Below, in pieces: positions 53,835 to 64,000 of a stretch of DNA of 64,000 bases. The notes under the pieces were generated by a model that saw only the letters and a list, made by a program, of their open reading frames with translations, ran no database searches and was not told the DNA's origin. This DNA comes from Octopus sinensis (taxonomy: Eukaryota), in the NCBI RefSeq assembly GCF_006345805.1, contig NC_043016.1:25792001-25856000 (forward strand), written 5' to 3'. How positions within the stretch are numbered: position 1 is the first letter of the stretch; each line of letters opens with the position of its first letter. Made by a program: the position numbers and the translations under genes.

Positions 53835-54800
53835 TCATTTAACACCCATCTTCAATGCTGGTATGGGTTGGACAATTCAGAATGATCTGACAAAGTGAAG
53901 GATGGTGTTATGCTCCAGTGCTTGCTTTGGCTTGGTTTCTGTGACTAAATGCACTTCCTAATGCCAGCCACTTTACCAAATGTTCTTGATGTTTTTTTCC
54001 ATGGCACCATATTCAACATCGTGAAATCAGTTCTCACCACTTTATTTTATGCCTTCCAAGGTCATTCTCTTCCACAGGCACTATTTACTTTGAGCTCTCA
54101 GTACTGTTTTATACAGCTATCAAGGCACATAGCTCAGTGGTTAGAGCATCGAGCACAAAATCATGAGGTTGTGAGTTTGATTTCCAGACTGGACTGTGTA
54201 CTTGAGCAACACATTTTATTTCATATTTTTCCAGTTCACTCAACTGTAGAAATGAGTTGTGATGTCACTGGTGCTGAGCTGTATCATCGTTTGCTTTTCC
54301 CTTGGATAACATCAGAGACATGGTTCCCCATGCCTCTGATGTTTTCCAAGGTATATAAACAACCTTGCCTGGACTTGTGCCTAGAAGGGAAACTTTCTAG
54401 GTGCAATCCTATGGTCATTCATGACCGAAGGGGGTCTTTACCCTCATCCATCACATACCCATATCAATGCAGTCTTCTCTCTTGCATAGTACATCTGATT
54501 CCTCTTATACACAGTTTTTCTCTGAGGTTATTTGTACTCTACCAGTTATGCACTGTGACATCAAATATCCAGTAAATCATAATTACTTCATTTCTTTCTT
54601 TTACAAATATTCCACATTTGGGGCCCAGATCTCCCTACCATAACACTGTAACATCATTCAATCTACCTTTCACTCAAAAGGTGAAGTTCTTTGCTATTAG
54701 CAAAGGTAGTAGCTCCCACTATTTTTTGCACCCCTTTCTTACCTTGGCAACCATACTTTCTGTACATTTAGCCTTGTTTCAAATCAGATCAACTAGTTAA
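53835..54800 (-). mobile_element. Old RTE LINE fragment interrupted by a family C SINE (54123-54440, +)
   Basis: Decayed 3'UTR and RT C-terminus colinear with the 34.7-36 kb copy. Confidence 0.6.
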
Positions 54801-54829
54801 ACTACTTAAAAGAAACCTCCTGAGCAGTT

Positions 54830-55258
54830 AAGAGAATATATTTCCTGGTTACAATCTTTGGTGTTATGAGCCAGGCTGTGTTGTAGGGAAGGACTGGATG
54901 TGAGGGAGTACACATGTTCTGTCAGAAATGGGGTCTGTGAGTTCCACCAGAAGGGCCATGGTTGGATCGTAGGACAACCTTGGATCATAGGGTGACCCAC
55001 TGTGCTTGAGGCGACCTATTGAGTCAAGTACATCAACATCAACATCAAAATAAAAATCAAATGAAAATTGTAGTTGTGATACCCATGCCAGTGGTACGTA
55101 AAAAGTACCCACTACAGAGCGGTTGGCATTAGTAAGGGCATCCAGCTGTAGAAACACTGCCAGATCAGACTGGAGCCTGGTGCTGCCTCCTAGTTTCCCA
55201 GACCCCGGTCGAAACGTCCAACCATGCTAACATGGAAAACGGACGTTAAACGATGATG

Positions 55259-55260
<2 letters not shown>
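54830..55260 (+). mobile_element. RTE LINE 3'UTR fragment ending in (GAT)n, then (CA)n
   Basis: Reverse-complement match to 56552-56950. Confidence 0.75.
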
Positions 55261-55321
<61 letters not shown>

Positions 55322-55323
<2 letters not shown>

Positions 55324-55700
55324 ATTTAAAATTAGCACACGGATGCGGAAACCACATCAACATGTTTAGAAATAGGAACTAAATCCCTAATTCAACCACC
55401 GGAAAGCACCAAATAACAGAAAACAGATGCTGTGAAGGCAAGAAAATGGATAAAGAATTAAGACATTAAAAGAAGCATACCTTTAAAAAAATATGCCATT
55501 CCAATACTCACCATTCAGATACTTATGTACTGTTGTTTTTCTGTTATATGGTGCTTTCTGGCAGCTGAATTAGGAATTTAGCTCCTGTTTCTAAACAGGT
55601 TGATGTGGTTTCTGCATCCTCATGCCGTGTGCTAACTTTAAATTTTGTAGCTATATAAACCTGTTGAATCGCCTATATTACTGCTGTTAATATTATCACT
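55322..55700. mobile_element. Fold-back element with about 100-bp inverted arms (55324-55425/55535-55645)
   Basis: GGATGCGGAAACCACATCAACATGTTTAGAAATAGGA versus its reverse complement at 55583-55619. Confidence 0.65.
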
Positions 55701-55819
55701 TACAAAAAAGGCAGAAATGTTAGCACACCAGGCAAAATGCTTTGCGGTATTTCATCTGTCTTTACATTCTGAGTTCAAATCCCACTGAGGTCAACTTACA
55801 CCCAAGTGTTATTTTTTGG

Positions 55820-55940
55820 TCGCAGTTTTGGCACAAGCTTGGCAGACACGTGTATCATACCTAAATCTTCAGTGCTAATGGACTGAACTGAACCGTAACT
55901 AATCTGCACATCCTCTGATAACTCATGGATGGTAATTAGG
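55820..55940 (-). pseudogene. mariner transposase fragment (HTH and linker region)
   Basis: ITIHELSEDVQISYGSVQSISTEDLGMIHVSAKLVPKL matches the mariner/SETMAR-type TIREL...ISYGSVQ.IL.EDLGM..VSA(K/R)WVP motif. Confidence 0.75.
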
Positions 55941-56082
55941 GTTAGGGTTAGGGTTTTTCTCAGTTCTGCTGGTTGCGGGTTTCCCAGAACATTTGTCAAT
56001 AATGATATTTCTTTGGCTATCTCAGAAATATTTCTTGAGTATATAAACAGTTTGGCTGCTTGTTTCTCTGGAGACTGTCAGA

Positions 56083-56145
56083 AATGATGCAGACACCTCT
56101 GATGAGAACCCAATAAAGTTCAAAAATCGATTAAGGTTGTTCATT
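56083..56145 (+). ncRNA. Decayed minimal type I hammerhead ribozyme
   Basis: Stem I ACCT/AGGT; CTGATGA 56099-56105; stem II GAAC/GTTC; aAAA (G12A); A-TCGA-T; TTA triplet; TATATAAA upstream. Confidence 0.6.
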
Positions 56146-56205
56146 ATTTTTTAAGTCTGCAGAGAAATGACTAAAATTTGCCGTTTATAATTATACCATA
56201 GTTAC

Positions 56206-56243
<38 letters not shown>

Positions 56244-56410
56244 GAAAATAGTAATGCAATACGAGAGTATTACTTTCCAGTAAAGGATAGTCCATGAGGG
56301 TAAAATTATACATATAAAAGTAAATAAATGGCAGTAAATATCGGTGCTTCGTTGTGCCATTTATTTACTTTTATATGTATATATATATATATATGTGTTA
56401 TATATATATA

Positions 56411-56448
<38 letters not shown>

Positions 56449-56551
56449 TATATAATATATATATATATGTGTGTGTGTGGTGTGTGTGTATATATATATT
56501 GTATATATATATGTATATATATATGTATATATATAATATGTATATGTATAT

Positions 56552-59272
56552 ATCATCATCATCATTTAACGTCTGTTTTCCATGCTAGCATGGGTTGGAC
56601 GGTTCAACTGGGGTCTGGGAAGCCAGGAGGCTGCACCAGGTTCCAGTTTGACCTGGCAGTGTTTCTACAGCTGGATGCCCTTCCTAACGCCAACCACTCT
56701 GTGAGTGTAGTGGGTGCTTTTTATGTGCCAGAGGAGGCTGGCAACCGCCATGATTGGTTGGTGTTTTTTACATGCCACCGGCACAGAAGCCAGTCAATAG
56801 TGGTGCTGGCATTGGCCACGTTCGGATGGTGCTTTTTACATGTCACTGGCACAGGTATGACAACTACAATTTCCATTTGATTTTTATTTTGATGTTGATG
56901 AACTTGACTCAATAGATCTCCTCAAGCACAGCAGGTCGTCCTACAATCCAAGGTACTTTTGATGGGCTGGGTCTAGTTATGCGAAACTGGTGTAGGATAC
57001 TGCCATGAACTCACTTTATTTGTCGGGTCTTCGCAGTCACAGCATATCTCCAGAGGTCTTGGTCTTTCGTTATTGCCTCTGTGAAGTCCAGTGTTCAAAG
57101 GTCATGCTTGACAACCTCATCCCATGTCTTCCTGGGTCGACCCCTACTCTGGATTCCTTCAACTGTTTTGGAGTGGCACTTCTTCAAACATCTCTCCTCA
57201 TCCATCCATAGTACATGACCATACCAGTGCAAACATATCTCTTGCATGCCACAGCTGATGCTTCTTATGTCCAACATTTCTCTCAAGGCACTTATACTCT
57301 GTCTTGTGTGCACACTGACATTACATATCCAGCAGATCATGCTAGCTTAATTTCTTTCGAGCCTACGCATGCCCTCCGCAGTAATACTGTGAAGCCTGGC
57401 AGTTCGCTCACATGCATTGTACAATCTACCTTTCACTCTGAGTGAGAGACCCTTTGTCACCAGTAGGGGTGGAAGCTTTCTAAACTTTGCCCAGGTATTC
57501 TTATTCTAGTGGTAACACTGTCTGAGCATCAACCCCCACTACTAACTTGGTCACCTAGGTAGTGGAAGCTATCAACTACTTCTACTTTCTCCCCCTGGAG
57601 TGTGATGGAATCTGTTTTCTGAGTATCTGTGGTGTTTATTGCCCCTGTGCATTTGCCGCACACGAAAGCCATCTTCCCGGTTAGCCTTCCTTTGATGTTG
57701 CTGCACCTCTTATGTGTCCATAGCTTGCACTGGGTACATTTTACAGAGTTTCTACCTACACCTTTTCTACAGATTGAGCAAGGCCACCTACCTGAGGGGG
57801 TGTGTGATGGGTTCGCCTTCCTACTTACTAGAACTTTGGTCTTTGCTACATTGACCCTAAGGCCTTTTGATTCTAAACCTTGCTTCCACACCCTAAATTT
57901 CTTTTCTAGTTCCGGTAGTGATTCTGTTATGAGGACCATGTCATCAGCATAGAGGAGCTCCCAGGTGCAACCCATCTGGAATTCCTCTGTTATTGCCTGG
58001 AGGACTATGATGAATAAGAGGGGACTGAGGGATGAACCTTGGTGGGCCCCTACTTCTACCCAGAATTCTTCACTATGCTCATTGTCAATCCTAACCTTAC
58101 TAATGGCCTCTCTGTACAGCCCTTATTAAACATTCATCAATCTCCAGTTTCCGCATCACCCAACAAATAAGTCTTTCTCCCAGTCCACAAAAGCTAAGTA
58201 CAGGGATTTATCTTTAGCTAGGTATTTCTCCTGCAGTTGTCAAACCAGGAATATGGCATCAGTGGTGCTTCTACCCAGCACAAAACTGAACTGCATCTCA
58301 TCTAAGCAGACTCTCTCCCTAATGAAATGGGCTATGACCCTCTACGTGACCTTCATCACATGATCCAGCAGTTTGATACCCCTGTAGTTATTTCTATCTA
58401 GAACATCACCTTTACCTTGTAGTAGTTGACTATGGTGCTGCTACACCAGTCATTGGGTATGACTCCATCATGAACTACCTGGTTTACAATGCAGGTGACT
58501 TGGCCATAGTCCACACCACCGGATGTTTTAAGCATCTCAGCAGTGATTCCTGATGGGCCGGGGGCTTTTCCTGGCTTCGTACCCTTAATTCCTTGATCTG
58601 CCAGGGAGCTGTCTATTTGGATAGCTGATCCCTCTACTGGGTCAACATTTGGCAGGCTCTCCTCCTCCCATTCATTCTCCACATTCAGCAGTCTTTCATA
58701 ATGGCTTCTCCAAGCTTTTTTCTTTTCTGAATCATTAAAAGCAAGTTCACCATCATCCATGCAGACATATTTCTCTCCTGTGACATCACAATTTTCTCTC
58801 ACACACTGTCTTGCAATCTGAAATACCTTAGTTCTTTGGTCCTCACGTTACTGGACATTGGCAAACTTCTTTTTGCTTTGCCCTTGGCTATGTATACCTG
58901 CCACCCAGCTTCCTTTTGGCTACCTGGTACTGTTCCCTGCTACCCCCATCCTTCCAGGCTTTCCAGGCCTGTTTCTTTGCTCTAATGGCTTTGTCTACTG
59001 TACTATTCCACCACCACGTAACTCTAGGTCTGGAAGGGACTTTGCACCATCCGCAGACTTGGTCTGTGGCACTCAGCAAGCTGTCTCGTATGAATTTCCA
59101 GCTACCTTCTATGTCCAATGTCTGTAGCTCTTTCATCAAATTTCTTGATGAGGATGTCCCTAAATCTCTGACTATGTGAAGGGTTCTTTAGCTTCCAAAT
59201 CCTTCTTTCTTGGATTGGTCTGCTTTTTGGTATCCTTCTGGCCTTGAGCCTAAAGTCACTAATGACTAGCCT
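56552..59272 (-). mobile_element. 5'-truncated RTE-clade LINE: end of APE endonuclease, RT (YADD) with PHD-like insertion, 3'UTR and (GAT)n tail; frameshifted
   Basis: RLVISDF, TWWWN..V..AI, KPGKAPGPSGI..EMLK, IPNDW, ELLYADD, DSFHYLG, LHWYGHVLWM, RGRPRKTW motifs in order. Confidence 0.92.
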
Positions 59273-59274
59273 TT

Positions 59275-59626
59275 ATTTTATCAACCCCGAAATGATGAAA
59301 TGCAAAATTGACCTGAGTGGGATTTGAACTTTGAATGTAAAGAGTTGGAAGAAATACTGCTAAGCATTTTGTCCACTGCACTAATGATTCTGCCAGTTCA
59401 TCAACTTAAAAAATTACTACTAATAATGGTTTTAAATTTTGGCACAAGGCCAGCAATTTCAGGGGAGGAGTCAAGTCAATTAAATCGACCCCTGTCCTCA
59501 TCTGGAGCTTAGTTTACTGACTCCAAAAGGATGAAAAGCAGAATTCGAACTCAGAATGTAAGGACAGACGAAATAAGACTAAGCATTTTACCAGGCATGC
59601 CGACAATTCTGCTAGCTTGCCGCCTT
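59275..59626 (-). mobile_element. Two family B SINE copies
   Basis: Reverse-complement modules. Confidence 0.75.
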
Positions 59627-60161
59627 AAAATATTACTATTGATAATAATGAAATGAAGTGAAGTGGAACCAGTGCATGCATTTCTTATTGGCAGAATGAC
59701 CCTCCTAAGATATAGCAACAATGTAAATTAAAACTTTTGTTTAAAGAAAATATGAGTGTTTTGATTTCTTTTCCTCATAATGTGTTTTGTTTTATGGAAA
59801 AATAAATAACTAAAAGATTAAGATTTAATAAATATAGAATAAAAGGCGATTGCAAAATTTTGTCTCCCAAGAGCTTACATTAAGATGGAGGAAGAGATGT
59901 AACTTGCTTAAGGTTATAAAACAAGAACCTTCTGATGTAAGTGAACAATTTTGTAACATTATCAGCATTATGTATTCACTTGGAAATTTCAAAAAAAAGA
60001 AAAGAAACGAAAAGAAAAAGGAAGCTTATAAACTGTAACTGTGTTGCCAATAGTAACAAACTTCTACAATGTGGAGCATGGTGAGATCATATGATAAAGC
60101 AATTTCTTTGATGAAAGGAAAAAGGAAAAGAAATATGAAATTTCAAAAATCCTCCTGAATG

Positions 60162-60183
60162 TCACTTTGCTGGCAGCAGTTCA
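60162..60183 (-). CDS. Candidate short terminal exon (x)ELLPAK*
   Basis: Very strong (T)nCAG acceptor; same 1-nt phase offset as the 50613 exon. Confidence 0.3.
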
Positions 60184-60496
60184 CTGAAAAAAAAAAAAAA
60201 AAAAAGAAAAAAGAAAACAAACAACAACAAAAACACCTCCCCAAAAAAACCTGCTTGTTTTTATTTTTATTAATTTTACTATTTATTTATTTTTTGTCTT
60301 ACATCCGTTCTGGTTGAACATTGTTTAATACAATCATTTTAAACTACATGAGACTTTTCAAAATGTTAGATTTTCCCAAGGTTATCCATTATTTATCTGG
60401 AAATATCACAGTTACAAATATGAAGACTTTCAAATATATGCGTATGTATGTATGTATGTATGTATGTATGTATGCATATATGTATGCATGTATGTT

Positions 60497-60528
<32 letters not shown>

Positions 60529-60840
60529 TGTATGTATGTATGTATGCATGTATGCATGCATGTATGTTTATATGCATGTATGTATGTATGTTTGTATGCA
60601 TGCATGTATGTATATATGTATGTAGGTATGTTTGTATGTACGTCTGTATGTATGTGAGTATATACATACGTGTGTGTGTGTGTGAATATATTACACACAC
60701 ATACATACTGTAGTTTCCTGAGTAACTCTTGAAGTATTCTACTCTATCATTTATATAAATGGTAGTGGCAATTCCTTTGGTTTCAAGATTTATGGAGCTT
60801 TATGTGTTAGTGCCAGATTTACTTAGAATTTATTATTACT

Positions 60841-60911
<71 letters not shown>

Positions 60912-60986
60912 TATTATTATTATCCTCCTCATTATTATTATTATTATTTTGCAAATATTAGTGATGTTATTAGTTAAACATTTCTC

Positions 60987-61062
60987 TTACATGTGTTTCT
61001 GCCGATGCCACAAAAAGATTCCAGTTTGTCTTGCCAGATGATACATGCGTTCTCTTGGAATT
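60987..61062 (-). CDS. Candidate 72-nt cassette or terminal exon (x)IPRERMYHLARQTGIFLWHRQKH(M*)
   Basis: (T)n...AAG acceptor and GTAAGA donor; open in all frames; unique GC-richer island. Confidence 0.25.
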
Positions 61063-61639
61063 CTTTAGTGATGTCAAAAAAAAAAATCTTGTGTAAAGAG
61101 TTTTGTAAGCTCTTTAAAAAAATCACAAAAGTTAATTTCTCTTAATTTCTCTAATAGCTCTAAATGCAGGTTAATCAAACCCAGGAAAATCTACATGTTG
61201 TGTAGTTAGATTCTATTATACATGAAACAAAAGTATAATTTACATTTTCATAGAAGAATGGCTGAGTAATATACTTGACTCTAAAGAAGGCAAATTTACA
61301 CAAGTTGACATTAAGAATTTTACAATTTTACCTAGGCTAATCAATGCCTTTAGTATATAGAAAATGAAAGGAAGCCTATTATAAATATCTCTTGGTCTGT
61401 TGTATATTTCAGTGTAATCCAGTGGTTTACTTGAGGATTTAGCTTCTCTCTCCAGCAAGTAGGCGCATTATGCCCCCTCTATTGTAATTATACTTAATTA
61501 AAATCATAAATTTTATTCTCTAGCTGTTGAATGCTATTATTACTTGCTGTCACCTACATTTTTGTTGTTATTATTATCAATTATTTTTATTGGTGATATA
61601 ACATCTTTATTGATATTCATTTGAATATTTACTCCTTAT

Positions 61640-61677
<38 letters not shown>

Positions 61678-61710
61678 TATATATATATATATATATAATA
61701 TATATAAATT

Positions 61711-61896
61711 CTTTTATTTGTTTCAGTCATTTGAAACAGCCTTTAGTCGAAAAAATTGACCCCCAAGACTTATTCTTTGTAAGCCTAGTACTTATTCTAT
61801 TGGTCTCTTTTGCTGAACTGCAAAGTTACAGGGATATAAACACACCAGCATCCGTTGTCAAGCAATGGGATGGGGGACAAACACAGACACTCACAA

Positions 61897-61940
<44 letters not shown>

Positions 61941-62064
61941 CATATACGACAGGCTTCTACCAATTTCTGTCTAACAAATCTACTCACAAAGCTTTGGTTG
62001 GCCTGAGGCTATAGTAGAAGATACTTGCTCAAGGTGCCACACAATGGGACTGAACCCGGAACCA
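61711..62064 (-). mobile_element. Family A SINE; a second partial copy follows at about 62125-62390
   Basis: Reverse-complement match. Confidence 0.8.
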
Positions 62065-62355
62065 TTTGATTTATTTATTTTTAATTTTAAGTTTCGTTAT
62101 TAAATTTTATTTACTTTTTACCTTTTACTTTTTATTTGTTTCAGTCATTGGACTGTGGTCATGTTGGAGCACTGTCTTGAGGGTTTATCTGAACAAATCA
62201 CCACTAGGGCTTATTTTAAAACCTGGTACTTATTCTATCAGTCTCTTTTGCCTGGATTGCTATGTTATGTGGATGTAAATAAACCAACACAGGTTGTCAA
62301 GTGGTTGTGATGGACAAACACAAAACAAACACCTACACATACACACAGACAAACA

Positions 62356-62394
<39 letters not shown>

Positions 62395-62395
<1 letters not shown>

Positions 62396-62801
62396 TAGAG
62401 ACAAGACATGACTTCATTAAAACAGTCTTTCCTGCAAAGCAAATTAAATAAAATTTGCTTTGCGGAAAAGACTGTTTTAATGAAGTTGCATTTTGTCTCT
62501 ACCTTCAAAATGCGAAGTAGATAAAACAGGGGACAACTGATGAAGGGGATGTCCTTTATGTTGACCAGCAGTGTCAAATGGATGCCCGACAGACAAGTCA
62601 GTCAAGGTGATCAAGGTGATATGTATATATTTATATATCATTTATAATATTATACACACACACACACACATACATATATATGTATGTATATATACATATA
62701 TATATATATATACATATTATATACATATATATATATACATATATATGTATACATATATATATATATTATATATATATATACATATATATATATATACATA
62801 C

Positions 62802-62871
<70 letters not shown>

Positions 62872-63380
62872 GAACAATCTTACTTAGAAATGGATGCGTG
62901 CGTTCTGTCATATAAGAAATTAATAAATAAAACATATGCATATATACATACATATATGTATGTACCTACCTCTACATGTATATATACATGCATGTATGGA
63001 TACAGGACACAAAAAAACGTTGAACACAATGAGAAACGGAAACATAAACACAAAACCAAGGAACTGGACATTTTTCTTAAACAACGAAAAAATAGAGTAC
63101 AGGACAAATAACACAAGGAAAATTCCCCTTCTTCAGTCGTCATGGTTTCATCTACTCTGCGTTTTGAAAGTGAAGGTGATATGCATCTTCGATAGAAACT
63201 TTCCTTCCTGATAAAAGCAAATTAAATAAAATTTGAGATCTTTTTGAGGAGGGGTAAAAATAGTAACAAAAACAGGACAGTAACGACAGTACAAAATATA
63301 AACAGTAAAAGACAGGACAAGGAGAATAACAAGACAAGAAGGGCTGTTAAGCCAAACGAGATAAAGTATTACGAGCACTA
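62395..63380. mobile_element. Fold-back fragment (about 51-bp arms 62395-62445/62452-62502) and a related Penelope-like pLTR copy (about 63000-63380), separated by (TA)n
   Basis: Shared AAAGCAAATTAAATAAAATTTG and CTGAwGAAGGGGA motifs. Confidence 0.5.
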
Positions 63381-63859
63381 TTTTTGAGAACGCACCATGT
63401 CCTTCCCCACTGCTCCTATGCTTTGCTTATCATCTCCTGCTCCCTGAACCACAATTCCTGAGTGATTCGCTACCTCTCATCTTAACTTCTGCCCATACGA
63501 TATTTCCCTTCAAGCTGCAACTCCACTCACTACACCCATCTCTATCCCATCACCTGGCCACTGCCTGCATTACCTTTTGCTTCTGGAGGGTTTTGCTCTG
63601 GTATTCCATCTCTACCATTTTCACACCAAAATGCAAGGTAGTCATGTATCTTATCTATAGCAAGACACCTCTACCTCTGTTGTCCTTGGTATATATAAAA
63701 TCTCCTCTCCATTCCATCAAATACTCCACCACTCCCACTTAGTCAACAGTGGTTTCTCCCTTTTGCCTTTTTCTTCTTTCCTCTCTTGCAAGTTACTTGA
63801 CAGCCCTTCTTGTGCTGGTGCCACATAAAAGCGCATTCAGTACACTCTGTACTGTAGCT

Positions 63860-64000
63860 GTGGTGGTGGCGGTGGTGGCGGTGGTGGAGGTTGTGGCAGC
63901 AGTGGTGGTGGCAGTTGTTGTTGTAGTTGTGGTGGTGGTGGTGGTTGTAGTTGTGGTGGTGGTGGTGGTAGTTGCGGTGGTGGTAATGATGATGATGATG
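63860..64000. repeat. (GGT/GTT/GAT)n trinucleotide array
   Basis: Direct inspection. Confidence 0.9.

Noticed and set aside
53949-54575. 208-aa ORF
   Set aside because: Spans the antisense of a decayed LINE plus an inserted SINE; chance open frame.
62530-62560. CTGATGA-AGG..CCT hammerhead half
   Set aside because: No GAAA or cleavage triplet in register, so it is too incomplete to call.

Overview
AT-rich eukaryotic DNA packed with microsatellites and interspersed repeats. The SINE and LINE-tail families match repeats I recognise from Octopus (coleoid cephalopod) genomes, so this is most likely octopus intronic/UTR DNA. Almost all listed ORFs are microsatellite or repeat artefacts. Real coding remnants are transposon-derived: a 5'-truncated RTE-type LINE whose reverse transcriptase carries an inserted C4HC3 (PHD-like) finger (56.6-59.3 kb), R4/Dong-type RLE retrotransposon fragments (51.5-53.8 kb) and a mariner fragment. 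A few short minus-strand exon candidates (61.0, 60.2, 50.6, 16.1 kb) may be alternative C-termini of an unidentified host gene; one ends in a polybasic tract plus a CaaX box. The most notable non-coding structures are: (i) about ten short fold-back elements, mostly in (TA)n arrays, two with a minimal type I hammerhead ribozyme in the loop, plus several decayed hammerheads elsewhere (Penelope-like pLTR derivatives); (ii) an apparently perfect 482-bp snap-back palindrome at the 5' end of an RTE insertion; (iii) a head-to-tail non-autonomous Helitron array with an exact CTAG|TC junction; (iv) a CpG-retaining island at about 8.7-11.4 kb. Most repeat boundaries are approximate; all assignments were made by eye with no database search.
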